Both the position numbers and the translations under genes were made by a program. Below, in pieces: positions 50,843-64,000 of a stretch of 64,000 nt of DNA; positions within the stretch are counted from its first letter, which is position 1; each line of letters starts with the position of its first letter. The notes beneath the pieces were generated by a model that made no database searches, had not been told where the DNA came from, and was given only the letters and a program-made list of their open reading frames with translations. The stretch is from the human T2T-CHM13v2.0 reference genome, Homo sapiens: the NCBI RefSeq assembly GCF_009914755.1, contig NC_060925.1. One strand, 5' to 3'.

Positions 50843-51387
50843 AAGAAGTCATTATTCAAAAAAGATACTTGCACACACATGTTTATAGCAGAACAATTCA
50901 CAATAGAAAAATTGTGGAACCAACCCAAATGCCCAACAATCAAAGAGTGGATAAAGAAACTCTGGCATATATATATATATATATATGATGGAATACTATG
51001 GCATATATATATATATATATAATGGAATACTATGAAGCCATAAAAGGGAATGAATTAACAGCATTTGCAATGACCTGGATTAGATTAGAGACTATTATTC
51101 TAAGTGAAGTAACTCAGGAATGGAAAACCAAACATTATATGTTCTCACTGATATGTGGGAGCTAAGCTATGAGGATGCAAAGGGATAAGAATATACAATG
51201 GACTTTGGGGACTTGGGGGGAAGAGTGGGAGGGGGCAAGGGATAAAAGACAACAAATATGGTGCAGTGTATACTGCTCAGGTGATGGGTGCACCAGGTTC
51301 TCACAAATCTCCACTAAAGAACTTACTCATGTAACCACATACCACCTGTACCCCAATAACTTATGGAAAAATAAAATTTAAAAAAAG
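50843..51387 (+). mobile_element. L1PB (PB1-like) 3' end
   Basis: KDTCTHMFIA...WNQPKCP; 3'UTR gctcaggtgatgggtgcacca...tctcacaaatctccactaaagaacttactcatgtaacc. Confidence 0.85.
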
Positions 51388-52961
51388 AGGTGAAAGACTT
51401 GTACACTGAAAATTATAAAACATTAATTATGAAAAATTTTTAAGAGCACAGATAAATAGAAAGACAGCCCATGTTCATGGATTAGAAAGATTAATGTTGT
51501 TAAATATCCATGCTACCCAAAGTGACCTATAGATTCAATGCAATCCTTATCAAAATTGCAATGGCATTCTTCACAGAAATGGGGGAAAATCCTAAAATTC
51601 ACTTGGAACCAGAAAATAGTCTAAATAGTCACAGCAATCTTTAGAGCAAGAAGAACAAAGCTGGAACATCACACTCCCTAATTTCAAAGTATATTACAAA
51701 GCTACAGTAATAAAAACAATATGGTACTGGAATATAAACAAACATAGACCAATATGAAATAGAATAGAAAGCCCAGAAATAAATCCATGCATTTACAGAG
51801 TGCCAATGACACACAATAAAGAAGTATCTCAAATAAATGGGGTTGGGAAAATTGGATATACATGTGCAGAAGAATAAAATTGGACATTATCTCATACCAC
51901 ATGCCAGAAATAGATCAACTTGAAATGGATTAAAAACTTATATGTAAGACCTGAAACTATAAAACTACTGAAAGAAAACATAGAGAAAACGCTTACTGAC
52001 GTTGTTCTGAACAATGATTTTTTGGATTTCACTCCAAAAGCACAGGCAATAAAAGCAAAACTTGACAAGTGGGATTGCATCAAACTAAATACATCTGCAC
52101 AATGAAGGAAACAATAGAGAGAAGACACCTATGAATGGGAGACAATATTCGCAAACCATATATCTGATAAAGTGTTATAAGGAACTCATACGACTCAAGA
52201 GGAAAAAAGCAAATAACCCAATTTGAAAATGGGCAAAGGACCTAAATAGATATTTCTCAAAAGAAGATATAAAAATGGTTAATAGATATATGAAAAGATG
52301 CTCAACGTCACTAATCAACATGTAAATGCAAATCAAAACCACAATCAGATATCACTTCACTTGTTAGAACGGCTATTATCAAAGACAAAAGATAGGCTTT
52401 GACAAGGATATAGAGAAGAGATAATCCTTGCACACTCTTGGTAAGAACATAAATCGGTACAGCCATTATGGAAAACAGTATGGAGTTTCCTTTAAAAATT
52501 AAATATGATCCAGCAATCACACTCCTGGATATATATATCCAAAGGAAATGGAGTAAGTATCTCAAAGAGGTATCTGCACTCCCATGTTCACTGTAGCATT
52601 ATTCACAATAGCCAAGATATTAAAATAACCTAAATGTTCCTCAACAAATGAATGGATAAATAAAATGTGGTGTATAAAAATAAGGAAATCCTGCTATTTA
52701 CAACAAGGATAAACCCAAACGACATTATGCTAGGTGAAATAAGCCAGTCACAGAAAGACAAATAATGCATGATCTCTCATGTACTGAATCTAAAATAGTC
52801 AAACTCATAGAAGCAGAGAGTAGAATGGTGGTTGCCAGGGCCTGAGGGAAGAGAGAAATGGGAAGATGTTGGTCGATGAGTACAAAGTTTCAGTTATGCA
52901 AGATAAATAAGTTCTGGAGATGTAATGTACAACATTGTGACTAAAGTTAAAAAATAGTGTA

Positions 52962-53327
52962 AAAATGCTCCTCAACTTATGATGGGGTTATGTCTCAATA
53001 AACCCATCATAAGTTTAAAATATTGTATGTCAAAAATGAGTGTTTTGTAGACCTAATTTGATACAAAACACAATATTCAAAAAATGCTGGCAACAGTGCA
53101 CTGTAGCATATTGGTTGTTTCCCCTTGTTATTGGGTGGTTGGCTGGGAGGTGCAGCTTGCTGTCACCACCCAGCATCACAAGAGAATATCATAGCACATT
53201 TTGCTAGCCCAGGAAAAGATCAAAATTCAAAGTCCAAAGCATGATTTATATTGGAATGCATATTGCTTCTGCACCATCATAAACTTGAAAAATTATAAGT
53301 TAAACAATAATAAGTCAGGGACTGTCT
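52962..53327 (+). mobile_element. MER47B / Tigger5-derived DNA transposon
   Basis: atgctcctcaacttatgatggggtta...gctagcccaggaaaagatcaaaattcaaa...taagtcagggactgtct. Confidence 0.75.
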
Positions 53328-53379
53328 ACATTATATATTTGAAATTTGCTAAAATGGTAGATCTTAAGTGTTCTCACAA

Positions 53380-53505
53380 AAAAGAAGAAAAAAACAGAGA
53401 GAAAGAAAGGGAAAATAGAAATTAGAGAGAAAGAAAAAAGGAAAGAAGGAAGGAAGGAAAAGAAAGAAAAATAGAAATGAAAGAGAGAGAAAGAAAGAAA
53501 TGAAA
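53380..53505. repeat. GA-rich low-complexity tract
   Basis: (GAAA/GGAA)n-like purine run. Confidence 0.85.
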
Positions 53506-53687
53506 ATGGTAAGTAGGTGAGGTGTTAATTAACTTGATTGTGGTGGTCATTTCACAATGTATACATATACTAAAACAACAAGTTGTACACTTCAAATATA
53601 TAAAATTTTTATTTGTAAATTATACCTAAATAAATCTGTAAAGAAGTGTCTAAAGCCTCCTTTAATGTTGGTTTAAAATCACCTTGG

Positions 53688-53794
53688 GTGCTTGCTTTGG
53701 CAGCACATATACTAAAATTGAAAAACTAAAGAGAAGATAAGCATGGCTCCTGCTCAAGGATAACCCAAAAATTCATGAAGTGTTTCATATTTCT
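53688..53794 (+). pseudogene. U6: Full-length U6 snRNA retropseudogene, 5' half of a U6/L1 chimera
   Basis: gtgcttgctttggcagcacatatactaaaattg...gagaagataagcatggc...gaagtgtttcatatttct; 107 nt colinear with U6, about 18 mismatches; ACAGAGA box mutated to AAAGAGA. Confidence 0.95.
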
Positions 53795-53936
53795 GGTATA
53801 TCTGCTATGGAAAATAGCATGGCAGTTTCTCCAAAAAAAAAAAAAATAGAATTACCTTGTGATCTAGCAATTCCACTTCTGGGAATATACACATAAGGGT
53901 TGAAAGCAGGGTCTCCAAGAGATATTTGTACACCCA
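53795..53936 (+). mobile_element. L1 (MA/MB-type) ORF2 3' segment fused to U6
   Basis: ggtatatctgctatggaaaatagcatggcagtt...aatagaattaccttgtgatctagcaattccacttctggg. Confidence 0.85.
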
Positions 53937-58019
<4,083 letters not shown>

Positions 58020-58027
58020 GAGGAGCC

Positions 58028-58036
58028 AAGATGGCC
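58028..58036 (+). promoter_or_regulatory. L1 5'UTR YY1 site (AAGATGGCC)
   Basis: canonical motif at the canonical position near the L1 start. Confidence 0.8.
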
Positions 58037-58525
58037 GAATAGGAACAGCTCCGGTCTACAGCTCCCAGCATGAGCAACGCAGAAGATGGGTGATTTCTGC
58101 ATTTCCATCTGAGCTTTGAAGAGAGCAGTGGTTCTCCCAGCACGCAGCTGGAGATCTGAGAATGGGCAGACTGCATCCTCAAGTGGGTCTCTGACCCCTG
58201 ACCCCTGAGCAGCCTAACTGGGAGGCACCCCCCAGTAGCGGCAGACTGACACCTCACACAGCCAGGTACTCCTCAGAGACAAAACTTCCAGAGGAACGAT
58301 CAGACAGCAGCATTCACGGTTCACAAAAATCCGCTGTTCTGCAGACACTGCTGCTGATACCCAGGCAAACAGCGTCTGGAGTGGACCTCTAGCAAACTCC
58401 AACAGACCTGCAGCTGAGGGTCCTGTCTGTTAGAAGGAAAACTAACAAACAGAAAGGACATCCACACCAAAAACCCATCTGTACATCACCATCATCAAAG
58501 ACCAAAAGTAGATAAAACCACAAAG

Positions 58526-59545
58526 ATGGGGAAAAAACAGAGCAGAAAAACTGGAAACTCTAAAAAGCAGAGCGCCTCTCCTCCCCCAAAGGAACGCAGT
58601 TCCTCACCAGCAACAGAACAAAGCTGGACGGAGAATGACTTTGACGAGTTGAGAGAAGAAGTTTTCAGACGATCAAACTACTCCGAGCTACAGGAGGAAA
58701 TTCAAACCAAAGGCAAAGAAGTTGAAAACTTTGAAAAAAAAAATTTAGACAAATGTATAACTAGAATAACCAACACAGAGAAGTGCTTAAAGTTGCTGAT
58801 GGAGCTGAAAGCCAAGGCTCGAGAACTACGTGAAGAATGCAGAAGCCTCAGGAGCTGATGCAATCAACTGGAAGAAAGGGTATCAGTGATGGAAGATGAA
58901 ATGAATGAAATGAAGCAAGAAGGGAAGTTTAGAGAAAAAAGAATAAAAAGAAACGAACAAAGCCTCCAAGAAATATGGGACTATGTGAAAAGACCAAATC
59001 TGCGTCTGATTGGTGTACCTGAAAGTGACGGGGAGAATGGAACCAAGTTGGAAAACACTCTGCAGGATATTATCCAGGAGAACTTCCCCAATCTAGCAAG
59101 GCAGACCAACATTCAGATTCAGGAAATACAAAGAATGCCACAAAGATACTCCTCGAGAAGAGCAACTCCAAGACACATAATTGTCAGATTCACCAAAGTT
59201 GAAATGAAGGAAAAAATGTCAAGGGCAGCCAGAGAGAAAGGTTAGGTTACCCACAAAGGGAAGCCCATCAGACTAACAGTGGATCTCTCGGCAGAAACTC
59301 TACAAGCCAGAAGAGAGTGAGGGCCAATATTCAACATTCTTAAAGAAAAGAATTTTCAACCCAGAATTTCATATCCAGACAAACTAAGCTTCATAAGTGA
59401 AGGAGAAATAAAATCCTTTACAGACAAGCAAATGCTGAGAGATTTTGTCACCACCAGGCCTGCCCTAAAAGAGCTCCTGAAGGAAGCACTAAACATGGAA
59501 AGGAACAACCAGTACCAGCCGCTGCAAAATCATGCCAAAATGTAA
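58526..59545 (+). pseudogene. L1 ORF1p, disabled by in-frame stops
   Basis: MGKKQSRK...ECRSLRS* (58858), ...RAAREKG* (59245); natural end catgccaaaatgtaa. Confidence 0.93.
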
Positions 59546-59608
59546 AGACCATCGAGACTAGGAAGAAACTGCATGAACTAACGAGCAAAATAACCAGCTA
59601 ACATCATA

Positions 59609-63427
<3,819 letters not shown>

Positions 63428-63465
63428 ACAATGAGAACACATGGACACAGGAAGGGGAACATCAC

Positions 63466-63894
63466 TTTCATGTGCGTCCGTGTGAAAAGACCACCAAACA
63501 GGCTTTGTGTGAGCAACATGGCTATTTATTTCACCTGGGTGCAGGTGGGCTGAGTCTGAAAAGAGTCAGCAAAGGGAGATAGGGGTGGGGCTGTTTTATA
63601 GGATTAGGGAAGGTAATGGAAAATTACAGTCAAAGGGGGTTGTTCTCTGGTGGGCAGGGGCGGGGGTCACAAGATGCTCAGTGGGGGAGCTTCTGAGCCA
63701 GAAGGAAATTCACAGGGTTAATCACTCAGTTAAGGTGGGGCAGGAACAAATCACAATGGTGGAATGTCATCAGTTAAGGTGGGGCAGGGCCTTTTCACTT
63801 CTTTTGTGATTCTTCAGTTACTTCAGGCCATCTGGGCGTATATGTACAAGTCACAGGGGATGTGATGGCTTGGCTTGGGCTCAGAGGCCTGACA
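63466..63894 (-). mobile_element. Solo LTR7-family (HERV-H) LTR with 5-bp TSD ATCAC
   Basis: revcomp begins tgtcaggcctctgagcccaagccaagccatc...gatggcctgaagtaactgaagaatcacaaaagaagtgaaaa and ends ...cacacggacgcacatgaaa; ATCAC at 63461-63465 and 63895-63899. Confidence 0.93.
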
Positions 63895-64000
63895 ATCACA
63901 CTCTGGGGTCTGGTGGGGGGACAGGGGAGAGATAGCATTAGGAGATATACCTAATGCTAAATGACGAGTTGATGGGTGCAGCACACCAGCATGGCACATG

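Larger units (their letters stand above)
49155..53640 (+). mobile_element. L1MA (ORF2 to 3'UTR), degenerate, with nested AluJ, L1PB and MER47
   Basis: peptides [36 protein letters not shown]...KWDCIKL; L1MA-type 3'UTR to ~53635. Confidence 0.88.

Noticed and set aside
53688-53794. Functional U6 snRNA gene
   Set aside because: About 17% divergent, ACAGAGA box mutated, no evident upstream PSE/TATA arrangement, and fused to L1.

Overview
Primate (almost certainly human) non-coding DNA, intergenic or deep intronic. I see no host protein-coding exon and no CpG island. About 1-44 kb is unique sequence mixed with old repeats (MIR, L2, MLT1, THE1, LTR33, MER DNA transposons), a near full-length ancient L1M on the minus strand (~12-19.6 kb), and a few motif-rich stretches that may be enhancers. 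About 44-64 kb is a nested pile of L1 elements, almost all on the + strand. The only ORFs with recognisable products are broken L1 ORF1/ORF2 pieces. Highlights: (1) an L1PA3-like element whose 5'UTR lacks exactly the intron between the known L1 splice donor (~nt 97) and acceptor (~nt 622), i.e. a spliced integrated retrotransposed element (SpIRE); (2) a solo HERV-H LTR7 with a 5-bp TSD inserted antisense in that L1's 3'UTR; (3) an old full-length U6 snRNA copy fused directly to L1 3' sequence (U6/L1 chimera); (4) a 154-bp locally templated insertion inside a MIR; (5) a strong ~60-nt hairpin. These are instances of known or inferable mechanisms; I found no evidence for a wholly new biological system. 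Repeat subfamily calls come from remembered consensus sequences, and boundaries of old repeats are approximate.
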